DNA of 64,000 nucleotides from positions 47,202-111,201 of the forward strand of contig JBGSZS010000011.1 in the NCBI GenBank assembly GCA_041750285.1. Reading direction: 5' to 3'. The position numbers and the translations under genes are program-made. Under the pieces are notes generated by a model, which was not told where the DNA came from, searched no databases, and was given only the letters and a program-made list of their open reading frames with translations. The stretch is from Candidatus Fermentibacteraceae bacterium. Its GTDB lineage: Bacteria > Fermentibacterota > Fermentibacteria > Fermentibacterales > JCC-6. How positions within the stretch are numbered: the stretch's first letter is position 1; every line of letters begins with the position of its first letter. Positions 35,681 to 45,100 of the stretch are shown here, piece by piece.

Positions 35681-36842
35681 CGAAATCATCCTCAAACTCC
35701 TGGTCGTCGACGACGAGGCGGGAATGCGCATGGGCGTCCGCCGGGCGCTGAGGGGATTCCAGACCGAGACCGACGACACGGGCACGACGGTGAAACTCAC
35801 GGTTGACGAGGCTGAAAGCGGTGAGCAGGCAATAGAGCTCATTCAGTCCGCCCCGCCGGACATAGTGCTTCTGGACCACAGGATGGGCGGAATCACAGGC
35901 ATCGATGTGCTGAACTGGATGGAACAGAACAGCCCCGATGTCATCGCCATAATGATCACCGCCTACGCCTCGCTTGAGAATGCCATCAGCGCGACGAAAA
36001 AGGGTGCCTTCGACTTCCTTCCCAAACCATTCACCCCCGCCGAGTTGAAGGTAGCGGTCAGGCAGGCCGTCAAACACGTGCTTGCCCTGCGGGAGGCCCG
36101 TGAGCTGGCCGAGGAGAAGAAGCGGGTCCGCTTCCAGTTCATCAGCGTGCTGGCCCACGAGCTGAAGGCCCCCCTGGGAGCCATCGAGGGCTACCTGTAC
36201 CTTCTTCAGGACGGCACCGCCCTGAAGAATCCCGAAACCCTTCCCAGGGTCGTTGAAAGAAGTCTCATCCGTCTGCAGGGCATGCGGAAGCTGATCTTCG
36301 ACCTTCTCGACCTGACCAGGATAGAGAGCGGAGAGAAGAAGCGGGAGCTTTCGCGAGTGGACCTTGCGGCGATCGCGATGACCAGCCGTGAGACCATGCT
36401 CCCCGACGCCGTGGCAAGGGGGATCACCATAACGCTGGATTCACCCGGGGAGCTCTTCATGAACGGTGACAGGGGCGAGATAGAGATCGTCCTGAACAAC
36501 CTCATCTCGAACGCGGTGAAGTACAACCGGGACAATGGAGCTGTCACTGTGAAGCTCTCCGATTCCGCAGACGAGGTGACCATTTCGGTCTCCGATACCG
36601 GCATTGGAATGACCCCGGAGGAGTGTGAACACCTTTTCGGCGAATTCGTAAGGATAAAGAACGACAAGACCCGGAACATACTTGGCAGCGGCCTCGGCTT
36701 GAACATCGTGAAGAGGATAGCCTCGCTGTACGATGGAAGAGTCTCTGTCGAAAGCACTCCCGACGTGGGAAGCACCTTCTCGGTGGTGCTTGGAAAAGGG
36801 AACGAAAAGGATCGGGTTGCTGCAGACGAGTTGACCGGATAA
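35673..36842 (+). CDS. hybrid response regulator-histidine kinase (REC-HisKA-HATPase_c)
   Basis: LLVVDDEAGMR and DIVLLDHRMGG (REC), LAHELKAPL (H-box), DTGIGM and GSGLGL (ATPase). Confidence 0.85.
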   Translation: MADEIILKLLVVDDEAGMRMGVRRALRGFQTETDDTGTTVKLTVDEAESGEQAIELIQSAPPDIVLLDHRMGGITGIDVLNWMEQNSPDVIAIMITAYASLENAISATKKGAFDFLPKPFTPAELKVAVRQAVKHVLALREARELAEEKKRVRFQFISVLAHELKAPLGAIEGYLYLLQDGTALKNPETLPRVVERSLIRLQGMRKLIFDLLDLTRIESGEKKRELSRVDLAAIAMTSRETMLPDAVARGITITLDSPGELFMNGDRGEIEIVLNNLISNAVKYNRDNGAVTVKLSDSADEVTISVSDTGIGMTPEECEHLFGEFVRIKNDKTRNILGSGLGLNIVKRIASLYDGRVSVESTPDVGSTFSVVLGKGNEKDRVAADELTG

Positions 36843-36887
36843 GTCGACTCACACTATATCATCTCCGTCATGAAAAGGAGATGACAT

Positions 36888-38972
36888 ATGTTCTGTGCGT
36901 TTCTGCTCTGGGTTTCCGTTTCCGGCTCGTCACTCACCCGCGCCGCCGGTTCGCTCGACAACCTGATCTACATCTGCCCTACCGCCGGTTCGGATTGGCA
37001 AAGTACTGAAACCCCTCTGATCATGGGTTTTGATGACCAGGTGCGGAGTGATCTTTCCATCACCGTGAACGGATCCGTTTCGGGAGCCGTGCCTTTTTCC
37101 GAATACGTCTCCGGGGATGGCAGAAGGCTGGTGCTCACTCCTTTGCATCCCTTCAGCCATGGCGAGGAGGTTCGTGTCCGGGTCGAGTCCCCGTGTTCAG
37201 GCCGTGTGGAGTGGCAGTTCATGGTAAGGCCTGTCGATCCCGTGCGGCCGGCGCCTGTGGAGACGGAGCCCCCGGGGCAGCCCTTCACGCCTGATCCTTA
37301 TCCTCTCAGTCCCGCCGGCAACTCTCCCAACGCCGTAGCACTGCCATCCGATTTCCCGCTTTTCACCTTCAACACGTACGGAACAACGGCCCCAGGCAAC
37401 CTCTTCTTCAGCCCCATGAACCCGATGGGGGGGAACACGAGCACCTACCTGATAATCGCCGGTCCCGGGGGTGACGTTCTGTTCTACAACAACGGTGTCT
37501 CAGGGTATTTCGGCCCCGAGGTCCAGTCCGACGGATGCCTCTACTATGCCTACGGCGGCATCATGACGGACGAAACGTTCTTCACCATGCTCGACATGAA
37601 CTATGTCCCGGTCGATTCATTCATGGTCGTCGGCTACACAACGGACTGCCACGGTATGACAGTTGCCCAGAACGACAATGTCATACTTCTGGGAATGGAC
37701 GAGCGCTACATCGACATGTCGCTGATCGTCCCCGGAGGCAACCCGAACGCCCTGGTCCAGGGGCTGCTCATCCAGGAGCAGGACAGGAACCACATGCCGG
37801 TATTCCAATGGAGCAGCTTCGACCATTTCGAGATCACCGACGCATGTTCCTACGTGAACCTCACCGGCCCGGTGGTGGACTATGTGCACTGCAACTCCGT
37901 CGACGAGGACCAGGACGGAGGGATCCTCGTCTCATGCCTCGCCATGACGGAATGCACCAAGATAGACAGGTCCACCGGCGAACTGGTCTGGCGTTTCGGA
38001 GGGTACCTCTCGGAAAACCCCAGCTTCACGATCCTCAACGACCCCCTGGGCGGATTCAGCTCCCAGCATGATTTCCGCCATGTGGAAGGCAGCCTCTACT
38101 CGGTGTTCGACAACGGAACCCACCACAGCCCTCAGATATCCAGGGGCAGCATCTACGAGATCGACACCCAGAACCTCACTGCCGACCTCGTATTCAACTT
38201 TCAGGTTACAGGGCTCTACGGTTCCCACATGGGATCGACCCAGGTGCTGCCGAACGGCAACGTACTGGTGGGCTGGGGTGATGTGACGGGCTACCAGGTC
38301 AGGCCCGACATGACCGAGGTCTCGCCTGCGGGAACACAGGTCTTTCGCGGCCGCATGAACCAGCTGGTCCTTGAGAGCTACCGCGCCTACCGGTTCGACT
38401 GGGAGGGCCAGGCACTGGTGCCGTACCTGGTCGCCCTGGTCCTTCCCGCACAGAACTGCGTTCAGCTGACCTTCAACGTATTCGGCGACGACGAATACTC
38501 ATCCTACGACATCTACCAGGGAATCACCCCGGGAAACCTCTCGTTCCTGCTTAACACACAGAACAGACAGATCAACGTATGGGAGCTGCCGGTCGGAATG
38601 AACTACTTCGCCGTTAAGGCAAGGGACATGCAGGGAGTTCCGACCGGGTTCTCGAACATCGATTCCGCCATGGTTACCTGGACGGGTCTTGAAGGCCGCT
38701 TCGCGGCTGAAGTGCAGCAGTCCCTCAGTGTCTCTGCCTATCCCAATCCCGCCTCTTCCAGCGTGACGGTGGTCTGGCCCGGGATCTCCGCGGGATCGGT
38801 GATCGAGATCTTCGACACAAGCGGACGGGTTGTCGCGAGAAGCAGCCATGATGAGGCATCGGGAGCCTGTTCCGGCGTCATGTCCGTCGAGGACCTTCCC
38901 AACGGGCTCTATACGATACGGGTAAGGACGGCGGAGCTTGCGGGATCGACCCGGGTGACGGTGATCCGCTAG
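36888..38972 (+). CDS. arylsulfotransferase (ASST)-like beta-propeller protein with a T9SS-type C-terminal sorting domain
   Basis: HCNSVDEDQDGGILVSC...TGELVWRFGG and SQHDF...FDNG resemble ASST family segments. The C-terminus reads YPNPASSSVTV...IFDTSGRVV...GLYTIRV...VTVIR. Confidence 0.55.
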   Translation: MFCAFLLWVSVSGSSLTRAAGSLDNLIYICPTAGSDWQSTETPLIMGFDDQVRSDLSITVNGSVSGAVPFSEYVSGDGRRLVLTPLHPFSHGEEVRVRVESPCSGRVEWQFMVRPVDPVRPAPVETEPPGQPFTPDPYPLSPAGNSPNAVALPSDFPLFTFNTYGTTAPGNLFFSPMNPMGGNTSTYLIIAGPGGDVLFYNNGVSGYFGPEVQSDGCLYYAYGGIMTDETFFTMLDMNYVPVDSFMVVGYTTDCHGMTVAQNDNVILLGMDERYIDMSLIVPGGNPNALVQGLLIQEQDRNHMPVFQWSSFDHFEITDACSYVNLTGPVVDYVHCNSVDEDQDGGILVSCLAMTECTKIDRSTGELVWRFGGYLSENPSFTILNDPLGGFSSQHDFRHVEGSLYSVFDNGTHHSPQISRGSIYEIDTQNLTADLVFNFQVTGLYGSHMGSTQVLPNGNVLVGWGDVTGYQVRPDMTEVSPAGTQVFRGRMNQLVLESYRAYRFDWEGQALVPYLVALVLPAQNCVQLTFNVFGDDEYSSYDIYQGITPGNLSFLLNTQNRQINVWELPVGMNYFAVKARDMQGVPTGFSNIDSAMVTWTGLEGRFAAEVQQSLSVSAYPNPASSSVTVVWPGISAGSVIEIFDTSGRVVARSSHDEASGACSGVMSVEDLPNGLYTIRVRTAELAGSTRVTVIR

Positions 38973-39430
38973 ATACCCAGCCCGACCCCGAGCGAGACCA
39001 CCCAGTCATGGTCTTCGTCGGAACCGCTGACATGTCTGTAGACACCGGCTGTACCCATGAGAAGGTTTGCGCCGAACCTGGCCTCTCCACCGATATAGGT
39101 CTGATCCCTGGGAAGGCTTCCCCAGGTATCGCCCCATGTGTGCATAACCGCAGCCGTCAGGTCGGTGTAGAAGATGTCGATGAATGCCATTGCAAATGCG
39201 AACCGGGCACCAAGATGGGCCTTGCCCGCGCCAAGACCGGGTTCGAGCCTGGCAAGGATGCCCGCCTTCGGTCCCCACAGTGAACCCATCTCGATGGAGG
39301 CCAGACCGATCGAAGCGTTGAAACGTTGTGGTGACGTGACCTGAAGGCTTACGGTGGGTGTGAAGGGCAGACCGGTACGGGCTGAGGCGGCAGAGACCAG
39401 AACCAGCAGCAGAAGCGGGGCAGACCTCAT
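38969..39430 (-). CDS. small predicted outer-membrane/secreted protein
   Basis: Signal peptide MRSAPLLLLVLVSAASA, with alternating hydrophobic pattern and Gly/aromatic-rich strands. No family recognised. Confidence 0.4.
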   Translation of the reverse strand: MRSAPLLLLVLVSAASARTGLPFTPTVSLQVTSPQRFNASIGLASIEMGSLWGPKAGILARLEPGLGAGKAHLGARFAFAMAFIDIFYTDLTAAVMHTWGDTWGSLPRDQTYIGGEARFGANLLMGTAGVYRHVSGSDEDHDWVVSLGVGLGI

Positions 39431-39444
39431 TCCGAAGCTCCTAT

Positions 39445-40278
39445 TCAGGTGAGGGCTTTAATGCAGCCTATGTTCCTGGCCTGAAGCTTGCCGGGCTCGG
39501 TGCCCTCGCTGATCTGGAACTCGAAGACCAGGTTTCTGTCGGGCAGCCTGAAGTAGTCAACGTTGTCAGGCAGGTTCGAATCGTGAAAGAATATGTTGGC
39601 ATACGGTGAGAGGGGATCGCGGTTGTCGATGCGCCACAGCTCGTCGTTGCTCTTAACCATGTACCTGAAGAACCCGAAGCCCTTGTCGTGACTGACGCAC
39701 ATTCCCCTCACCCACGAGTTTATCTCCCCCCAGACACCCGGGGTCTCCAGGGCCTTGAAGGGGAGAAGATTGGGTATGAGGTAGCCCGATACGAACATGT
39801 CTGCTTCGCGGCGCAGCTCCAGGGCTATGTTGTCGAACGCCATCACCTCGACCCGGCAGCCCCTGCCCTGCAGGGCGTGAACCACCCTTACGAAGTCGCC
39901 GTCTCCGCTTGCAAGAAGGACCCTGTCAAGGCGTTCGGACTGCAGCAGGGCATCAACGCCCATCTCGAGGTCAACGTTGGACTTGGCGTACCTGCTGCCC
40001 GAATCGTCGCTGTACCACTTGACCGTTTTCAGTATCACCTTGTAGCCGATGTCGCGAAGCGCGGTATGAAAGCGGTTCTGCCCTTCCTTGTATTCCCTGT
40101 CCGTTCGTGCCCTTGCGTCGTCAAAACTAACATAGGCGTTGAGCCTCACCGGGTAGCCGCCACCCCTGCAGGCGAACTGGCGCAGGACCTCGTAGCGCAT
40201 CCCGAAACCGCCGTTCATGGTGAGATTGCTCACGTCGACATAAACACCAACCTTGTTTCCGTGACCCTGCGAAGACAT
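39445..40278 (-). CDS. NYN (LabA-like) domain protein with a C-terminal cold-shock-like domain
   Basis: VGVYVDVSN...LASGDGDFVRVV is the NYN/LabA signature. The C-terminal VSHDKGFGFF segment resembles the CSD RNP motif. ATG at 40278 follows GGAGGAAATA. Confidence 0.7.
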   Translation of the reverse strand: MSSQGHGNKVGVYVDVSNLTMNGGFGMRYEVLRQFACRGGGYPVRLNAYVSFDDARARTDREYKEGQNRFHTALRDIGYKVILKTVKWYSDDSGSRYAKSNVDLEMGVDALLQSERLDRVLLASGDGDFVRVVHALQGRGCRVEVMAFDNIALELRREADMFVSGYLIPNLLPFKALETPGVWGEINSWVRGMCVSHDKGFGFFRYMVKSNDELWRIDNRDPLSPYANIFFHDSNLPDNVDYFRLPDRNLVFEFQISEGTEPGKLQARNIGCIKALT

Positions 40279-40315
40279 TATTTCCTCCATGAGAGAACGC
40301 TGGAAAGGGTAATCA

Positions 40316-40906
40316 ATGAATACGATTATACCTTCGGAAGCTTTTACCGACCAACCCGTTCCCCTGATCCCGTGGCTCAGGGGTCTGGGGGTGTCCACGA
40401 AGAACATCACGGAGGATGACTGCCGGAAGGCAGCCCTGCCCCCTGATCCCGCCGGATGTGAAAGGCTTCTCAAGGTCTCGGCCCTTGTGGTGCATCATTC
40501 CGCCACAGAAAGCGGGGGAGCGGCAGCCTTTCGCGTTCTCCACCGCCTGGTGAAGGGTTGGAGGGATGTTGGCTACCACTTCGTCATAGGCAACGGCACA
40601 CACTCGCCCGACGGATGTCTGGAGAGGGGAAGACCCGAGTACTGCAGGGGAGCCCACGCAAAGGGGGCAAACGAATTCTCACTGGGTATCTGCCTTGTTG
40701 GCGACTTCATGACGGGCAGGCCAACCCCTGCGCAGATGGGCACACTTGGAACCGTGCTTCGTGAACTAATGGCCTCGCAAGGCCTGGAGAAGGGTTCCGT
40801 GCTGCTCCACAGACAGGTCAGGGGCAGCTCCACCGAATGCCCGGGCAAGAACCTCACCCTCGCCATGGTGCATGAAGCAATTGACGGACAGAAAGATAGC
40901 ACGTAA
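40316..40906 (+). CDS. N-acetylmuramoyl-L-alanine amidase (amidase_2/PGRP fold)
   Basis: VVHHSAT...GWRDVGYHFVIGNG...GAHAKGANEFSLGICLVG. The start is uncertain. Confidence 0.8.
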   Translation: MNTIIPSEAFTDQPVPLIPWLRGLGVSTKNITEDDCRKAALPPDPAGCERLLKVSALVVHHSATESGGAAAFRVLHRLVKGWRDVGYHFVIGNGTHSPDGCLERGRPEYCRGAHAKGANEFSLGICLVGDFMTGRPTPAQMGTLGTVLRELMASQGLEKGSVLLHRQVRGSSTECPGKNLTLAMVHEAIDGQKDST

Positions 40907-40918
40907 CCTGCCCGGGTG

Positions 40919-40947
40919 TTGCACAAAATCCCCGTCTTTGCTATATA
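40919..40947 (+). promoter_or_regulatory. sigma70-like promoter of secG-tRNA-Leu
   Basis: TTGCAC-N17-TATATA, 27 nt upstream of the secG ATG. Confidence 0.5.
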
Positions 40948-40973
40948 CCCGCGTCACCGGAAGGAACGAAAGA

Positions 40974-41198
40974 ATGACTTTTGTACTCACCATACTTCAT
41001 GTTGTCGTGAGCATCCTGCTTGTCGGGGTGGTTCTGCTTCAGAAATCCAAGGGCGACGGCCTCTCCGGCGCGTTCGGGGGTGGCGGCGCACTCACGGCCA
41101 GCTTCGGAAACACCGGAGCCGTGAGTTTCCTCAGCAGGGCAACCACTGTGCTTGCGGTGCTTTTCATGATCTTTTCATTTCTGCTGGCCATCGTCTGA
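40974..41198 (+). CDS. secG: preprotein translocase subunit SecG
   Basis: The 74-aa product has two TM helices flanking LLQKSKGDGLSGAFGGGG, the SecG signature. Confidence 0.85.
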   Translation: MTFVLTILHVVVSILLVGVVLLQKSKGDGLSGAFGGGGALTASFGNTGAVSFLSRATTVLAVLFMIFSFLLAIV

Positions 41199-41205
41199 TG
41201 AGTGT

Positions 41206-41293
41206 GCCGGGGTGGTGGAATTGGCAGACACGCTAGGCTAAGGACCTAGTGGGCGAATAGCCTGTGCGGGTTCAAGTCCCGCCCCCGGTACCA
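41206..41293 (+). tRNA. tRNA-Leu (type II, long variable arm), anticodon reads AAG, CCA encoded
   Basis: Manual fold: GCCGGGG-TG-GTG-GAATTGGCAGA-CAC-G-CTAGG-CTAAGGA-CCTAG-variable arm-GCGGG-TTCAAGT-CCCGC-CCCCGGT-A-CCA. It lies 7 nt after secG, like E. coli secG-leuU. Confidence 0.85.
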
Positions 41294-41295
41294 GA

Positions 41296-41329
41296 CAAGG
41301 AAAACCCCGCTCCGGCGGGGTTTTCCTTG
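41296..41329 (+). terminator. 15-bp perfect hairpin after tRNA-Leu
   Basis: CAAGGAAAACCCCGC-TCCG-GCGGGGTTTTCCTTG. No U-tract follows beyond the stem, so it may be a processing or termination element. Confidence 0.45.
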
Positions 41330-41331
41330 TG

Positions 41332-41368
41332 GCAAAAAAGGAGAGCCGGCTTTTTGGGCCGGCTCTCT
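41332..41368 (-). terminator. rho-independent terminator of gene 41386..42051
   Basis: The minus strand reads GAGAGCCGGC-CCAAAAA-GCCGGCTCTC, followed by a wobble-paired C and then TTTTTT. Confidence 0.8.
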
Positions 41369-41385
41369 CCATGGGTCTTACAAGG

Positions 41386-42051
41386 TTACCAGGAGGCCTT
41401 GATCTGGCCCCAGGTTGTCTCGGTGAGGGAGAAGGAGGGCTGGAGAACGATGTCGTCCCAGAAGATGGGGGTGCCGTTGTTACCGAAGATGTCGAGTGCG
41501 CCGAGGGTGAGGGTGGCGGACTCGCTCCAGAAGAACGTGTCGAACATGACATCGTTGTAGTAAACCCACTGGTTGTTGGCGTCGAGGTCGAAAACGACTT
41601 CCACGGGAACCCACTGGTCGTAGATGATGGTGGCGGTGCCCGTGCCCTCTTCAGTGGCTACCTGACCGGTGCTGTTGTTGAACTTGATGTCGGTGCACCA
41701 TTCATTTGTTCCGCTGGGGATGTAGATGCTGAGAAGGATGAAGTACTGGGTGCCGGTGGAACCCGACGGAATGTAGCAGCTCGCGGACATGGACCAGACG
41801 CCGGCATTTACGCCGGTGAACTGCTGAACGATGTCGGTGGTCTGGATGGCGGAAAAGGAGTTGGGCGCGCTCTGGGCCTGGGCGGTGCTTACGAGGCCGT
41901 CGGCACCGGGGTTGCCGTCCCAGCCTTCCCATCCGCCCTGACCGATTATTCCGCCGCCGGCTGCATAGGAATCGAAGTTGTCGGACCAGTCAGCGAAGGC
42001 GGCGCCTGTCGCAAGAAGCATGCAGATCGATAACGTGTGGATGAGTTTCAT
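41386..42051 (-). CDS. secreted hypothetical protein ending in ...LTETTWGQIKASW
   Basis: ATG at 42051 follows GGGGAAAG. Signal peptide MKLIHTLSICMLLATGAAFA. A possible jelly-roll/LamG-like fold is only a guess. Confidence 0.6.
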   Translation of the reverse strand: MKLIHTLSICMLLATGAAFADWSDNFDSYAAGGGIIGQGGWEGWDGNPGADGLVSTAQAQSAPNSFSAIQTTDIVQQFTGVNAGVWSMSASCYIPSGSTGTQYFILLSIYIPSGTNEWCTDIKFNNSTGQVATEEGTGTATIIYDQWVPVEVVFDLDANNQWVYYNDVMFDTFFWSESATLTLGALDIFGNNGTPIFWDDIVLQPSFSLTETTWGQIKASW

Positions 42052-42147
42052 TCTTTCCCCTCCATTTCGGACAAAAACGGGGCATGATGACAAGCATTTT
42101 TCCCAAGCCCCCAACTGTTTGCTTTATTGCATAAAAGAACTGCGCTG

Positions 42148-45100
42148 TCAAGGAACCGTGCCGGCCCAGGATTCGGGGCGTGGAACGTCGAAACCGAGCC
42201 TTTCCAGCTCATCGAGCAATCTGCAGTAATCCTCGAGCATCTCCTTCCTTATGGAATGCTCATCCACATGGCGTCTGAGCTCTTCGCACACGAGCAGGGC
42301 CTCATCGGTGGCCCCGCTGTCCAGCAATACGAGACCAAGAACTCCATTGGCATAGGCCGTGTTCAGGACATCACCTGCAAGCTCGTTCACCTTCAGCGAT
42401 TCCCTGGCGCTAGCGCAGGCGCCTTCGCGGTCGCCCGAAAGCCATTGGATCCTTGCCCTGTTGACCAGTGAAGTGGCAGTGGTGCGGTAATTCCTTGAGC
42501 TCCTGGCCAGCTCGAGCGAGTCGTTTGTGTACTCCATGGCGCCGCCGATGTCGCCGAGTTTGGTGGCCAGAAGTCCCAGATTTCCGAGAACGGTGCACTC
42601 GTGCACCCTGTCGCCCGTCTTTCTTGCTGCGTCTAGCGCTTCGAGGAAAAGCTCACCCGCCCGGTCGAACTTCCCCTTCCTGGCGCATGCGATGGCAAGG
42701 CTGTTAAGGGAGTAGCCCAGTCCCTGAAGGTTGCCGTGCCTTGCGTGTGTCTGAACAGCCAGCTCTGCGTAGCTCTCCGACAGCCGGTCATCTCCCTGCC
42801 TGAAGGCGTGGACCGCCATGTTGGAAAGCAGCGAGGCGGCTTCGGAGCCCAGACCATGTTTTTCAAGCGTTTCCGCAGCCTCGCGGTACAGGGCCATGGC
42901 GCTGTCTGAAAGACCAACGCTGCTGCGGTGGTTTGCGAGGGTCATCTTTGTCTTCGCGGCGATGATCTCATCCCCCGAATCAACCGCCGCATTCAGCGCA
43001 TCCTGGATGGTCCGCTCGAACTCGGCGTTCCTGCCGAGTTCCTGCAGGACCTTCGCTTTTGCGCGAAGAGAAGTCGCAAGCCAGAGGGGGCTCTTTCTGA
43101 GCCCTGCTTCAGCCAGCATCCTGTCCACTATCCCCAGTGCCTCTTCGTGGGCACCCCTCCGTTCAACCATCTCCTGGCGCACGAGAAGTGCCTGCATCGA
43201 AGCCTGCCACATCCCGTCGTCAATTGCGTCTCCCGTAAGCTCCAGTATCCTCTCCGAAAGACCGTTCGCCTCTTCGGGCCTGCCACCGTCCCTGGCGATC
43301 CTCATTGCCCTCAGGGCCCACTTCAGTGCGTTTTCGGTATCACATGCAGAGTCCCAGTGCGAAAAGATGACAGGGGAAAGGGCATCGGTCTCGGTTGGGT
43401 AAATCCTCTCCAAAGCCAGGGCCGCTGTCCGGTGGAGAACCCTGGCGTTCTGCTTGAGAAGGGTTTCGTACGCTGCCATTCCAACAAGGGCATGACGGAA
43501 TCCAAGCTCCATGGGACCCAGTTCGGAAAGGAAACCCTTTTCGACAAGCCCGGCCATGGTTTGTCCGAGACGTTCCGCATTCAGGGACAGATCCTTGAGA
43601 ACGGTCTCGAGAAGCTCGCGGGAGAACCTCTCACCCAGGACCGAGGCATACTGAAGAATCCTGCGCTCCTCTCCCGGCAAACGGTCCATCCTTGCCTGGG
43701 TGAGGACGCTGATGGAGGAGGGGATCCGAACCCTGTCACAGGGAACGGTCTGTTCCCATGTTCCGGGCTCGACCTCCCTCAGCCCTCCGGATTCTATGAG
43801 GCTCAGAACGAGCTCTTCCACGACGAACGGGTTTCCCCGTGCCACCCTGCGGATCAGCTCAGCGAGTTCGGGCTGCAACTGCTTCCAGGGTGGAAGCGAG
43901 AGGATGTGGGACGCGATCCCGATCGTGTCATCGTCGGACAGGGGCGCGAGTTCGATCCTCTCCGGAGCGAAGAGCGGGAAACCGAGGTCGGGGACCGGCG
44001 GCCGGGAAGTCATGATGATCCCGGAGGGCAGAACCATCATTCCCTGGGACAGTACTCCCCTGAGAACGGAAAGGGAGACCTCGTCCGCCCAATGAAGGTC
44101 CTCCAGGAGAAGAAGGGTGTCACCCATCGAGAAAACGGCCTCGAGAGCTGGTCTGATTGCGTTCATGACGGACTGGGAATTCGCCGCCGCACCACCCTTC
44201 AGCCCCACGGCGTCAAGGCTCAGTATCTCTGCGATGCTTTCCGCAAGGTTGTCAAGCGCCGCTCTGGTTCGTGCCACCGGACACTTTGCGGAAAGGGTCC
44301 TGATCGCCGATGCATACCATTCCCTCGAACCGCCGCTGTTCTCGTCGGCATCGAAAAAATCCCTGAGAAGGCTTATCCAGAGCCAGCACGAAGGCTGGGC
44401 ATGGGAAAGCGCCTTGCCGTGAAGCACACGGAATCCGGTACGATCACTCACGCAGTGGTGAGCCAGCCGGGACTTCCCGATCCCGGCATCGGCGCAGATC
44501 AAAAAGACCGCTGGTTCAGAGCCCTCCTGCGAGGATTCATGAATGGCGTTCACTATCCGGTCCGTGATCTCCCTTCGGCCAACGAAAGGTGAACCGGTGA
44601 GCCTGGCGGCCCTCTGCCACCTCTCCATCCTGAGCCTGCCCGGCCCCAGCGGCCTGAAGGAGTCTATCTCGGAACCGGTACCCCGGACCGTCATTGAACC
44701 GAGATCCCGCCAGGAGTAAAGGTCGCCACACTCTCTCCGCACTGCTCCGCTGACGAGCGTTGAGCCTGTCATGGCGGCTTCCTCGAGCCTCGAGGCTATG
44801 TTCACCGTAAGGCCCGTCGCGGTGATGTGGCCCGAAGGGTCGGGAGCCACGGTCAAGGGTCCGAAGTCGATCCCCACCCTTGCCGAGACGGCTGCGGCAC
44901 CGCCCAGGGCCCCGCGTATGTCCTCGAGCAGCTCAAGCATTCGCAGAGCACAGCCGACAGCCCTTACGCTGTCGTTCTCGGTGGCGGCCACCGCGCCGAA
45001 GAGGGCCATCAGCCTGTCACCCTCGAACTTGTCAACATAGCCTCCGTACAGGGTGACCACCGTGGAGAGCAGGCCCATGATCCTGCCAAGAAGCAGGTGA

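Noticed and set aside
42928-44592. 554-aa + strand ORF, and similar + strand ORFs at 41329..42033, 18568..19380, 19399..20205 and 45475..46218.
   Set aside because: These are shadows of the minus-strand cyclase, secreted protein, subtilase and channel genes. No recognisable motifs.
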